This document shows, piece by piece, positions 40,049 through 49,200 of a DNA stretch of 64,000 nucleotides. The stretch covers positions 2,091 through 66,090 of the forward strand of contig CAYNYJ010000003.1 of assembly GCA_964401355.1 (NCBI GenBank), given 5' to 3'. Positions within the stretch are counted from its first letter, which is position 1. Every line of letters begins with the position of its first letter. The notes under the pieces are model-generated. The model worked only from the letters and a program-made list of their open reading frames with translations, searched no databases and was not told where the DNA came from. Position numbers and translations under genes: made by a program. This stretch comes from an uncultured Ectothiorhodospiraceae bacterium. GTDB taxonomy: Bacteria > Pseudomonadota > Gammaproteobacteria > SZUA-152.

Positions 40049-42061
40049 CTAGCTCAACATTTCCCGCAGATTGGATAAATGGGCCCGGCCTCGTTGCTGC
40101 CGTTCTTCAGGGTCCACTTCATGGCCACGCCCCTCCCAGGCGAGGTCGTCTTCCGGTAACTCCGCCAAAAAGCGGCTGGGTTCGCAATCCACGGTCTCGC
40201 CGTGTTTGCGACGCCGCGCCGCCATGGTGAAGGTCAGGGTTTTCTGGGCGCGAGTGATACCGACATAGGCCAGCCGACGCTCCTCTTCTATATCGTCCGC
40301 TTCCACACTTACATGATGGGGGAGCAGGTTTTCTTCCATGCCGACCACGAAAACATGTGGAAATTCAAGGCCTTTGGCTGCATGTAGGGTCATCAGCGAA
40401 ACACAGTCATCGCGTGCCTCTTCCTCATTCCGCTCCAGAATGTCCATCAGGGTCATCTGCGCCACCAGCTCGCCGAGGCTGGCATCGTCCTCCGATTTTT
40501 CCGCCATGCGCCCCAGCCAGTCCATCAGATCATTGACGTTTTCCATACGCCGCTCGGCAGTTTTGGGGTCGTTGCTGATGTCCAGCAGCCAGTCCTGATA
40601 GCGAATATCGCTGACCAGCTCTTTGACCGCGGCGACCGGATCACCGCGTTCGGCCAACTCCGATTTCGCTCGCAGCCAGCTAATAAACTCCCGCACCCGG
40701 GTCATGGCGCGGGGTGTCAACTGGGTTTCCAGCCCGATTTCGTCACAGGCATCGCACAGGCTCACCTGACGCTCGGCGGCATAATTGGCGATCTTTTCCA
40801 GGGTCACCGGGCCGATCTCGCGGCGCGGGGTGTTGATGATGCGCACGAAGGCGTTATCGTCGTCGGGATTCACCAGCAGCCGCAGGTAGGCCATGATGTC
40901 CTTCACTTCCTGATAGGCGAAAAACGAGGTGCCGCCGGAGATCTGATAGGGCAGCTGGTTCTCGCGCAGCGCCTTTTCAAACAGCCGCGACTGGTGGTTG
41001 CCGCGATACAGAATCGCGTAATCGCTAAAGCGTCCAGCGCTCTGGAATTTATGCGCCAGCAGGCGCGACACCACCTGCTCGGCCTCGTGCTCTTCGGTGC
41101 GCGCCTGGATCACCTTGATGGGGTCGCCGTAACCCAGCTCCGACCACAGGCGTTTTTCAAACACGTGTGGGTTGTTGCCGATGAGCTGATTGGCAGCTTT
41201 CAGAATGCGCCCGCTGGAACGGTAGTTCTGCTCCAGCTTGATGACTTTCAGAGTGGGGAAATCCTGATTCAACAGCGCCAGGTTTTCCGGCTGGGCGCCG
41301 CGCCAGGCGTAAATGGATTGATCATCATCGCCCACCACGGTGAGCGCACCACGCACCCCGACCAGATTCTGCACCAGCCGATATTGAGCGCTGTTGGTGT
41401 CCTGATATTCGTCCACCAGCAGGTAGCGAATACGATTTTGCCAGCGATCCAGCACCTCGGGGAATTCGCTGAACAGGCGCGCCGGCAGGCCGATGAGATC
41501 GTCAAAATCCACCGCATTGTAGGCCAGCAAATGACGATTGTATTCGGTGAACAACATCGAGGCAGCGGTGAGTTTGGGATCACCTTTGGCATTGGCTTCC
41601 AACTGCGCCTGCTCGGGTGTCGTCATGTCGTTTTTCCAGCTGGAAATCTGCCACTGCATTTCCTTGGCCTCGTCATCGACATCAAAGGCGCGGCGCATCA
41701 GCTCCTTGATCAGCGCCTGTGAATCCTGCGAATCATAGATGGAAAAGCCCTTGCGCAAGCCCAGCACTTTACCGTCGCTCTTGAGGATATTCAGGCCCAG
41801 GTTATGAAAGGTGGAAATGCGCATACCGCGCTTTTCTTTGGCCGAAAGCTCACCGCCAATGCGCGCCTTCATCTCACGCGAGGCCTTGTTGGTGAAGGTC
41901 ACGGCAGTAATGTGGTGGCCTTTGATATCGCAGTTCTGCACCAGGTGCACGATCTTTTGGGTGATCACACGGGTCTTGCCGGAACCGGCACCAGCCAGCA
42001 CCAACAGGGGGCCATCAATATAACGCACCGCCTCTTTCTGGCGGGGATTGAGATCGGGCAT
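40049..42061 (-). CDS. rep: ATP-dependent DNA helicase Rep
   Basis: LNPRQKEAV, VLAGAGSGKT, TFTNKA, VDEYQDTN, VGDDDQSIY, LEQNYRS, LMTLHAAKGLEF, EERRLAYVGITRA. 670 aa from ATG 42061. Confidence 0.93.
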   Translation of the reverse strand: MPDLNPRQKEAVRYIDGPLLVLAGAGSGKTRVITQKIVHLVQNCDIKGHHITAVTFTNKASREMKARIGGELSAKEKRGMRISTFHNLGLNILKSDGKVLGLRKGFSIYDSQDSQALIKELMRRAFDVDDEAKEMQWQISSWKNDMTTPEQAQLEANAKGDPKLTAASMLFTEYNRHLLAYNAVDFDDLIGLPARLFSEFPEVLDRWQNRIRYLLVDEYQDTNSAQYRLVQNLVGVRGALTVVGDDDQSIYAWRGAQPENLALLNQDFPTLKVIKLEQNYRSSGRILKAANQLIGNNPHVFEKRLWSELGYGDPIKVIQARTEEHEAEQVVSRLLAHKFQSAGRFSDYAILYRGNHQSRLFEKALRENQLPYQISGGTSFFAYQEVKDIMAYLRLLVNPDDDNAFVRIINTPRREIGPVTLEKIANYAAERQVSLCDACDEIGLETQLTPRAMTRVREFISWLRAKSELAERGDPVAAVKELVSDIRYQDWLLDISNDPKTAERRMENVNDLMDWLGRMAEKSEDDASLGELVAQMTLMDILERNEEEARDDCVSLMTLHAAKGLEFPHVFVVGMEENLLPHHVSVEADDIEEERRLAYVGITRAQKTLTFTMAARRRKHGETVDCEPSRFLAELPEDDLAWEGRGHEVDPEERQQRGRAHLSNLREMLS

Positions 42062-42157
42062 CGGGGACAGGCTACCAATAGCGGAAAAATGAGGAGGCCA
42101 TTCTACCCCAGGCTGCTGGCCTGATGATCGACGGATCAAAAAAAACCGGCCACTCGC

Positions 42158-42201
42158 TTGACTCTCGCCCAGCGTATTACTATAGTTCGAAACATGTCGA
42201 A
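42158..42201 (+). promoter_or_regulatory. Sigma70 promoter and overlapping palindromic operator of arsR-arsM
   Basis: TTGACT (42158) - 17 nt - TATAGT (42181). The TTCGA-N6-TCGAA inverted repeat (42186-42201) spans the ATG at 42194. Confidence 0.7.
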
Positions 42202-42529
42202 TAATAGTAATGAAATACGAGAGACAGACCCGGTTCAATTGGCCGAAGCCTTCAAAGCTCTGTCCAACCCCAACCGGCTCAAGATATTCCAGCAGTTGTT
42301 GAACTGCTGCACGCCGGGCACGGTGTGCTCCGCCGAGCAGGCGATCAAACACTGCGTGGGGGATTTAGGCAACGGCCTGAATATCGCACCGTCTACCCTT
42401 TCACACCACATCAAAGAATTAAGCCGCGCCGGGCTGATCCAGATGGAACGCCGAGGTCAACATGTGGATTGCTGGGTTGAGCCCGACACCGTGCAAGCCT
42501 TGGCACAATTTTTTCAGAGCGAAGCTTGA
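42194..42529 (+). CDS. arsR: ArsR/SmtB family repressor
   Basis: AEAFKALSNPNRLKI, Cys cluster CCTPGTVC...CVGDL, HTH STLSHHIKEL, ERRGQ wing. Upstream of arsM. Confidence 0.9.
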   Translation: MSNNSNEIRETDPVQLAEAFKALSNPNRLKIFQQLLNCCTPGTVCSAEQAIKHCVGDLGNGLNIAPSTLSHHIKELSRAGLIQMERRGQHVDCWVEPDTVQALAQFFQSEA

Positions 42530-42567
42530 ACCGGCCCGCTTTAACAACGATTTTCAGGAGAAACGTC

Positions 42568-43404
42568 ATGAACACCAAAACCACCCCCAAAACCCAGGAC
42601 GATATCCGTCAACACGTGCGCGAAAGTTACGCGGAAGTGGCCGAGGCCAGCAACGCTGGCGATAGTTGTGGAGTCGAGGCCAGTTGCTGCGGGGTGTCGG
42701 ACGACACCGCCATCAACACCCTGATTTCCACCCGCATGGGCTATTCGCAGGAGGATCTCGACGCCGTACCCGAGGGCGCCGACATGGGGCTGGGCTGTGG
42801 CAATCCGCGCGCCATCGCCAGCCTGAAGGCCGGTGAAGTGGTGGTGGATCTGGGCAGCGGCGGCGGCTTCGATGCCTTTCTGGCCGCGCAGGAAGTGGGC
42901 AAAACAGGCCGTGTGATCGGCGTGGACATGACCCCGACGATGATCAGCAAGGCCCGCGCCAACGCCGACAAAGGCCAGTACTCGCAGGTGGAATTCCGTC
43001 TCGGCGAGATCGAGCACCTGCCCATCGCCGACGACAGCGTCGATGTGATCATTTCCAATTGTGTAATTAATCTTTCGCCCAACAAACGCCAGGTCTTTGC
43101 CGATGCCTTTCGGGTGCTCAAGGCCGGTGGTCGGCTGGCCATCTCCGACGTGGTGGCCAGTGCCGAGATGCCCGCCGAGATGAAAAATGATCCCTTGCTA
43201 CACGCGGGCTGCATGGCCGGCGCGGAACTGGTGGAAAATTTGGAAACGATGATAGCTGATGCGGGCTTCGAACAAATTCGCATTGCCCCCAAAGACGCCT
43301 CCAAACAATTCATCAAGGATTGGGCGCCGGGACAGGGGATTGAAGACTATGTGCTGTCCGCTACCATCGAGGCCATCAAGCCCGGGGCAGACTGCTGCGC
43401 GTAG
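42568..43404 (+). CDS. arsM: Arsenite S-adenosylmethionine methyltransferase
   Basis: SCCG, LGLGCGNP, DLGSGGGFD, VIGVDMT, RLGEIEHLP, ISNCVINL, GCMAGA. RBS AGGAGA before ATG 42568. Confidence 0.95.
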   Translation: MNTKTTPKTQDDIRQHVRESYAEVAEASNAGDSCGVEASCCGVSDDTAINTLISTRMGYSQEDLDAVPEGADMGLGCGNPRAIASLKAGEVVVDLGSGGGFDAFLAAQEVGKTGRVIGVDMTPTMISKARANADKGQYSQVEFRLGEIEHLPIADDSVDVIISNCVINLSPNKRQVFADAFRVLKAGGRLAISDVVASAEMPAEMKNDPLLHAGCMAGAELVENLETMIADAGFEQIRIAPKDASKQFIKDWAPGQGIEDYVLSATIEAIKPGADCCA

Positions 43405-43406
43405 TG

Positions 43407-43430
43407 GGCATTCACTACCATGTGAATGCC
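43407..43430 (+). terminator. Hairpin after arsM
   Basis: GGCATTCAC-TACCAT-GTGAATGCC 9-bp stem directly after the stop; weak U-tract. Confidence 0.55.
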
Positions 43431-43526
43431 TGTTAATTACCCCGGATAAATTCCCCGTAACTTGCTACAACACGCGCAGGTCAAGTTGCGTCCGCTACCC
43501 AACAGCCGCTTGTCACGTGGCCTAAT

Positions 43527-46068
43527 CCCCTAATCAATACGCTCGGGAAGAGCGCGACGCTATCTCGACTGCGCCGCGCATTGTGGGCGCAAGTTTCAAT
43601 CCACGCGCTCGGGAAGAGCGCGACCACCAAAAACCGGAACGGAAGCACAAAAGCAGAGTTTCAATCCACGCGCTCGGGAAGAGCGCGACCCTGTGTAACC
43701 ATCCGATGACAACCCGCGCAGGTGTTTCAATCCACGCGCTCGGGAAGAGCGCGACCCCGCTCGACGCATCAACGGCGAGCCCCTATCCACAGTTTCAATC
43801 CACGCGCTCGGGAAGAGCGCGACGCCCTGGCAGATATGAAACGGTTGGCTGAACAGGAGTTTCAATCCACGCGCTCGGGAAGAGCGCGACCCATTAAAAC
43901 GATAAACAGCCCCAATTCCTGATCTGTTTCAATCCACGCGCTCGGGAAGAGCGCGACCCGCTCGGCAGTGAGTGGTGCCGCAGTTGGAGTGGTTTCAATC
44001 CACGCGCTCGGGAAGAGCGCGACTTGCTCCCAGCGTGCAAACCATGGGGCCATGGTGTTTCAATCCACGCGCTCGGGAAGAGCGCGACACAAACATACCG
44101 TAATATTCATCAATGCGCACTTGTTTCAATCCACGCGCTCGGGAAGAGCGCGACTGGGGGCAACGATGTGGTGGGTGCGGTGGGGCCTGTTTCAATCCAC
44201 GCGCTCGGGAAGAGCGCGACCGATCTGGGTGGTGCTGATATGGCTGGTGCCTACGTTTCAATCCACGCGCTCGGGAAGAGCGCGACCACCAAAAACCGGA
44301 ACGGAAGCACAAAAGCAGAGTTTCAATCCACGCGCTCGGGAAGAGCGCGACGATGGACAGATTAATGCTCCAGCTGAAGATCCAAGTTTCAATCCACGCG
44401 CTCGGGAAGAGCGCGACATCCTCAACATACAAATGACACGAACATCTTCCAGTTTCAATCCACGCGCTCGGGAAGAGCGCGACCTTGCGCCTAGGACGCT
44501 GTTTAGCTCGCAGCTCCTGTTTCAATCCACGCGCTCGGGAAGAGCGCGACTACGGCAGTCGATATCTGAGATCGCGTTAACGCAGTTTCAATCCACGCGC
44601 TCGGGAAGAGCGCGACACAATTTAAGCGCTTAAATGATGAAAATTCTATCGTTTCAATCCACGCGCTCGGGAAGAGCGCGACAATGAAATTTAATGTTAT
44701 GGAAGTGGACACAGGGGTTTCAATCCACGCGCTCGGGAAGAGCGCGACCATCCACCAAGTTATTTATGCTGCATGTTTGGTTGTTTCAATCCACGCGCTC
44801 GGGAAGAGCGCGACAGACCGCGAAAGTAGGAGTCCCGCGAAGGCCAGGTTTCAATCCACGCGCTCGGGAAGAGCGCGACAGTCTGGTGAGCCGTCTTATC
44901 GCTCGTACGGCAGGTTTCAATCCACGCGCTCGGGAAGAGCGCGACAACACCACTACCGTCCTCTACATACAAATGGCATGTTTCAATCCACGCGCTCGGG
45001 AAGAGCGCGACAAGCGCTCTTTCGGTTAGAAAACAGCACTTGGCATGTTTCAATCCACGCGCTCGGGAAGAGCGCGACGACCGTGAGATCAGCAGCCCGG
45101 CAAAGGCCAAGAGTTTCAATCCACGCGCTCGGGAAGAGCGCGACATCAGAGAGACCCACAAACGTGAGGATTAATAATGTTTCAATCCACGCGCTCGGGA
45201 AGAGCGCGACGGCCCGACGAGCGGTGCAAAAACACACATAAAAAGTTTCAATCCACGCGCTCGGGAAGAGCGCGACTTCGCTTATAGTGCTAAAAACCTC
45301 TAAATCCTCTGTTTCAATCCACGCGCTCGGGAAGAGCGCGACGATAACTTTTGGTTCGTCTTGGGTCATGAGTTAGTTTCAATCCACGCGCTCGGGAAGA
45401 GCGCGACACATTAGCCATAATTCAACCTTAAAAGTTATAACGTTTCAATCCACGCGCTCGGGAAGAGCGCGACCGCTTCACGAATTGCATCAATGTCGTA
45501 AACCTCTGTTTCAATCCACGCGCTCGGGAAGAGCGCGACGTGCCTCCTGGGTGGGGTTTTGCTTGGATATCAGGTTTCAATCCACGCGCTCGGGAAGAGC
45601 GCGACCCGCTGGGCAGGGTGTAGCGGGGGTTGGTAATGATGTTTCAATCCACGCGCTCGGGAAGAGCGCGACGTGAGCCATGGCCATGTTGCGGATAATG
45701 TCATGCTGTTTCAATCCACGCGCTCGGGAAGAGCGCGACGATTTTCCGTTGTGTGCGTACCATGAGGAGCGGGGTTTCAATCCACGCGCTCGGGAAGAGC
45801 GCGACGCCCACATGAACACCACATGAACCCCACCCCTATGTTTCAATCCACGCGCTCGGGAAGAGCGCGACGAGCCATGGCCATGTTGCGGATAATGTCA
45901 TGCTGTTTCAATCCACGCGCTCGGGAAGAGCGCGACAATTTAATGAGCTGCGCCTGCAAACCCAGCGCCTGTTTCAATCCACGCGCTCGGGAAGAGCGCG
46001 ACAATAAATCGCCAGACTCAAATACGGCAACCAGACGTTTCAATCCACGCGCTCGGGAAGAGCGCGAC
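43527..46068 (-). CRISPR. Type I-C CRISPR array: 38 intact 32-bp repeats, 1 degenerate trailer repeat, 38 spacers of about 33-36 nt
   Basis: Repeat on minus strand GTCGCGCTCTTCCCGAGCGCGTGGATTGAAAC (stem CGCGCTC/GAGCGCG). First intact copy at 43593, last ends at 46068. The degenerate copy at 43527-43558 marks the trailer end. Confidence 0.99.
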
Positions 46069-46244
46069 CGCTCGATTCTAACGTCCTAATTTTTAAAGAA
46101 CAAATACTACTTATCCGCTAACTTAATACAAGATGGGCAAAAAAACCTATCACATCCACCCAACTATTTAATTTTCGTCTTCAAATCATGAGCTTATGCT
46201 TCCGCTAACCGCTATAGGATTTTATGAGAGCACAGGGTTAGCGT
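46069..46244 (-). promoter_or_regulatory. CRISPR leader
   Basis: AT-rich non-coding stretch between the cas2 stop and the first repeat, at the opposite end from the degenerate repeat. Confidence 0.8.
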
Positions 46245-46538
46245 TCATAAGATTAATGTATCACGCACAGGATCCGATACTGCTTTTGCTCCAAGATGTT
46301 CTACTCTTTGCCTTCCTTTCTTTCCGAGCATGTAAAACCGAAGGCTGTCTTCTTCTGGTTCATAAATTTCAATTAACTCATTTTTCAACATGGTGAATTG
46401 TGCAGGATCAACTTCACATTCAAAAACTGAATTTTGTACGCGCATTCCGTAATCCTGGCAGGTCTTAGCAATTCTACGTAATCGTCTTTTCCCTCCTTCG
46501 GATATAACGCTGACATCATAGGTTATAAGTACCAGCAT
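46245..46538 (-). CDS. cas2: CRISPR-associated endoribonuclease Cas2
   Basis: MLVLITYDV, RLRRIAKTCQDYGMRVQNSVFEC, DSLRFY. Confidence 0.97.
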   Translation of the reverse strand: MLVLITYDVSVISEGGKRRLRRIAKTCQDYGMRVQNSVFECEVDPAQFTMLKNELIEIYEPEEDSLRFYMLGKKGRQRVEHLGAKAVSDPVRDTLIL

Positions 46539-46540
46539 AA

Positions 46541-47557
46541 TTATTTCACCAGATAGGGTGTATAAAATTCTGTATCACCACGTATGTGCCGAGCCAGTAA
46601 CATTGCCTGACAATGAGGTAGCAGGCCTATAGGTACCTGTTCTTCTAAATATGGATGCATTATTTCCACTTGCTTTCGCTCTTGCCAAGCCGTTAGCATT
46701 TTCTTTCTCGCATCATCTGATAAACGCACTGCACCGCTGGCTTCAGTAACAAAATCTTTGAGCTGAACTTGTTGGCGATTGATCAGCGTTAAAACAAACC
46801 GATCTGCCCATGGCGCTCGAAACTCTTCTAATAAATCCAGTGCAAGGCTCAGTCTACCGGGTCGATCCTGATGCAAAAAACCAACATAGGGATCTAAACC
46901 TACCCCCTGCAATGCCGAGGCACATTCATGGGTTATTAATGTATATGCAAATGATAATAACGCATTAACCGGATCGGTCGGGGGGCGGCGAACACGGCCG
47001 CCAAAAGCAAAACCACTCCCACGCAAAAGCGCGTTAAACACCCCAAAATAAGTGCTCGCTGCGTCACCTTCGATACCCATAGCTTCTGCTACGGTAACAG
47101 CATTACGAGCACGCCTTAAACTGGTTGCAAGTCGTTTGGCAGCGGTTTCAATTATCTGGTTTTCACCATGATTGCGAATTTCTCGCATCAGTACCGAACG
47201 GCAATTTGCTATTTTAGCAGCCACCATCAACCGGGCAATAAAAATAAATTTTTGCTCATCATCCGCCCACCGATACTGGGTACGTCGTAGCAAAACATTG
47301 CCTGTTTGCTTGCCCTGTATTCGCGCAAGATATTTTCCATATTCTGTATAAAATGACAGCCCTATTCCTTTTTCAGCGCAGTAACCCATCAAAAATGGTG
47401 ATACGGAAATCTGGCCGAAACATAAAATATTGCTTATTGTTAACGCAGGAAACTGTCCAAGCTTATCCTTGCCCTGTTTAATGACAATGGTCTCTCGCTC
47501 TTTATGCAGGTAACTTTCCTGACGAGTAATATAGAGTGTATTCAGAAGTTTTTTCAT
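46541..47557 (-). CDS. cas1: Type I-C Cas1
   Basis: MKKLLNTLYIT, GNVLLRRTQY, MGIEGDAASTYF, RRPPTDPVNALLSF, GFLHQDRPGR, DLLEEFR. Confidence 0.98.
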   Translation of the reverse strand: MKKLLNTLYITRQESYLHKERETIVIKQGKDKLGQFPALTISNILCFGQISVSPFLMGYCAEKGIGLSFYTEYGKYLARIQGKQTGNVLLRRTQYRWADDEQKFIFIARLMVAAKIANCRSVLMREIRNHGENQIIETAAKRLATSLRRARNAVTVAEAMGIEGDAASTYFGVFNALLRGSGFAFGGRVRRPPTDPVNALLSFAYTLITHECASALQGVGLDPYVGFLHQDRPGRLSLALDLLEEFRAPWADRFVLTLINRQQVQLKDFVTEASGAVRLSDDARKKMLTAWQERKQVEIMHPYLEEQVPIGLLPHCQAMLLARHIRGDTEFYTPYLVK

Positions 47558-48183
47558 TCCTGCCCTTCAAATAGCTCATCGATATATTGGCCAGAATGAT
47601 CATTTCTGAAAGTGTCCGGCTCACATAAATCAGTAAGTGAACAGGCTCGGCAACGTTTGACTACTGAGGTAGGTGATGGCGTCTTGCCCGATAGCAGTAA
47701 ATCATGCGCGCCATTTATAACTGCGATAGTAGAAGCACGTAATGCTGCATCAATCTTCACAGGTTCACGACGTCTTACCTCCCAATACCAGATTGCGCCT
47801 TCTGTTACCTGTGTATCGCGCATCTCTTCTATGCATAGCGCCTGTGCGCAAACCTGTATGCGATCCCAGTCCTGCACCTTTGGTTTTCCCCGCTTGTATT
47901 CCACGGGAAAATAACGCGCCTGATCACCAGTTTCTATTTCCAGCAAGTCCATTTTTCCGGTTAGTCCATAGCGTTGCGATTTCAACAAAACACCTCGTTC
48001 ATATCGCACATGCTTGCGCTGCTCAGCAACTCCGGAGTCAACACGTTTGTGCAGAATATTACCTTCTGCTGTAAAGCGATTATCCTCCCACACCTGTTCG
48101 ATATGAATCAGCGCAAACTGGCGTGGACAATAAGCATAGTGTTGCAGGGCAGAGAGCATAATAATTTGTGTATCATCGCTCAT
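47554..48183 (-). CDS. cas4: Cas4 exonuclease
   Basis: LSALQHYAYCPRQ, GKMDLLE, PVEYKRGK, QVCAQALC and C-terminal CRACSLTDLC Fe-S cysteines. Confidence 0.97.
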   Translation of the reverse strand: MSDDTQIIMLSALQHYAYCPRQFALIHIEQVWEDNRFTAEGNILHKRVDSGVAEQRKHVRYERGVLLKSQRYGLTGKMDLLEIETGDQARYFPVEYKRGKPKVQDWDRIQVCAQALCIEEMRDTQVTEGAIWYWEVRRREPVKIDAALRASTIAVINGAHDLLLSGKTPSPTSVVKRCRACSLTDLCEPDTFRNDHSGQYIDELFEGQE

Positions 48184-49187
48184 TTATTCTTATCTTTATT
48201 CTGTAACGCTACCAGCTTGTCAAAGTCTGATTCAAATAGCTTGTCTTGCACAATACGGTATTTCTCAAACTCAGTTTCGGCATAACCCCTGGCAATTTTG
48301 CTGGTAATTTTGCCGCTGCCTTGCAATATGTCGCGTTCATCAAATTCCAGAAATAAATCGAGGCGTTTTATCCAATCCTCCATAGTCATAGGAATTTTGC
48401 GTTTAGCGCGATCTTCGGCCAGATCAAGATAGGCGTTAACGATACGTCCCAGTGATTCAAGTTCTTCCTTTTGCAGATAATTCTTAGCGATGGCAACATC
48501 GGTTTTTACAATTTTTCCCTCGGGAACTTTGTCCCAACTGGTTAGGCCCATGTGCTGTTTTTCACTGTCAGCACGTTGCATGATGAGTTCAGCCGCCGTC
48601 TGTCCATGAATGGCAAAATGAAGTTTATTTTGCACTCTGGCAAAGAAATCCTGGGTGGTTTTATCACTTTTGTTGTAGTCCATGCTGGTGGCATATATAT
48701 CGGTGATTTTTTGGTAGAAGCGGCGTTCGCTCAAACGTATTTCACGAATTTCTGACAGCAATCTTTCAAAGTAGTCTTCATTCAGAAAAGCGCCATTCTC
48801 AAGACGTTTGTTATCCAGCACAAAACCTTTAATGGCAAATTCTCTTAATACCCGGGTCGCCCACTGGCGAAACTGGGTCGCGCGTTTGGAATTGACGCGA
48901 TAACCCACTGATATAATCATGTCCAGATTATAAAAGTTGGTGGGTTTGGTAGAAAATTCGGAATTTCCGAATTTTCTCAGTGTTGCGGCCTCATTCAGCT
49001 CATCGTCGCTGTAGATATTTTTTATATGCTCATTAATTGTCGAAACAGATTTTTCAAACAGCTCAGCAATTAGTTTTTGAGTCAACCAGACCGTCTCATT
49101 CTCAACCCTGACTTCAATGCTGTCCTCCCCTGCCTGGGCCGTAAAAATTAAAAATTCAGCGGTTGAGTTGCGGATTAATTTTTTCAT
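48180..49187 (-). CDS. rhuM: RhuM-family (virulence RhuM) protein inside the cas operon
   Basis: ETVWLTQKLIAELF, STINEHIKNIY, YNLDMIISVGYRVNSKRATQFRQWAT, DYFERLLSEIREIRLSERRFYQKITDIYATS, VQNKLHFAIHGQTAAELI, IAKNYL. TGA overlaps the cas4 ATG. Confidence 0.9.
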   Translation of the reverse strand: MKKLIRNSTAEFLIFTAQAGEDSIEVRVENETVWLTQKLIAELFEKSVSTINEHIKNIYSDDELNEAATLRKFGNSEFSTKPTNFYNLDMIISVGYRVNSKRATQFRQWATRVLREFAIKGFVLDNKRLENGAFLNEDYFERLLSEIREIRLSERRFYQKITDIYATSMDYNKSDKTTQDFFARVQNKLHFAIHGQTAAELIMQRADSEKQHMGLTSWDKVPEGKIVKTDVAIAKNYLQKEELESLGRIVNAYLDLAEDRAKRKIPMTMEDWIKRLDLFLEFDERDILQGSGKITSKIARGYAETEFEKYRIVQDKLFESDFDKLVALQNKDKNK

Positions 49188-49200
49188 TGTGTGTTGTCAC

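Noticed and set aside
43527-46068. Self-targeting spacers
   Set aside because: I found no spacer match elsewhere in this window by eye. A genome-wide alignment is needed to exclude it.
43583-46089. Many ORFs of 63-221 aa across the CRISPR array
   Set aside because: They are translations of the repeat (VSIHALGKSAT, FQSTRSGRAR, VALFPSAWIET), not genes.
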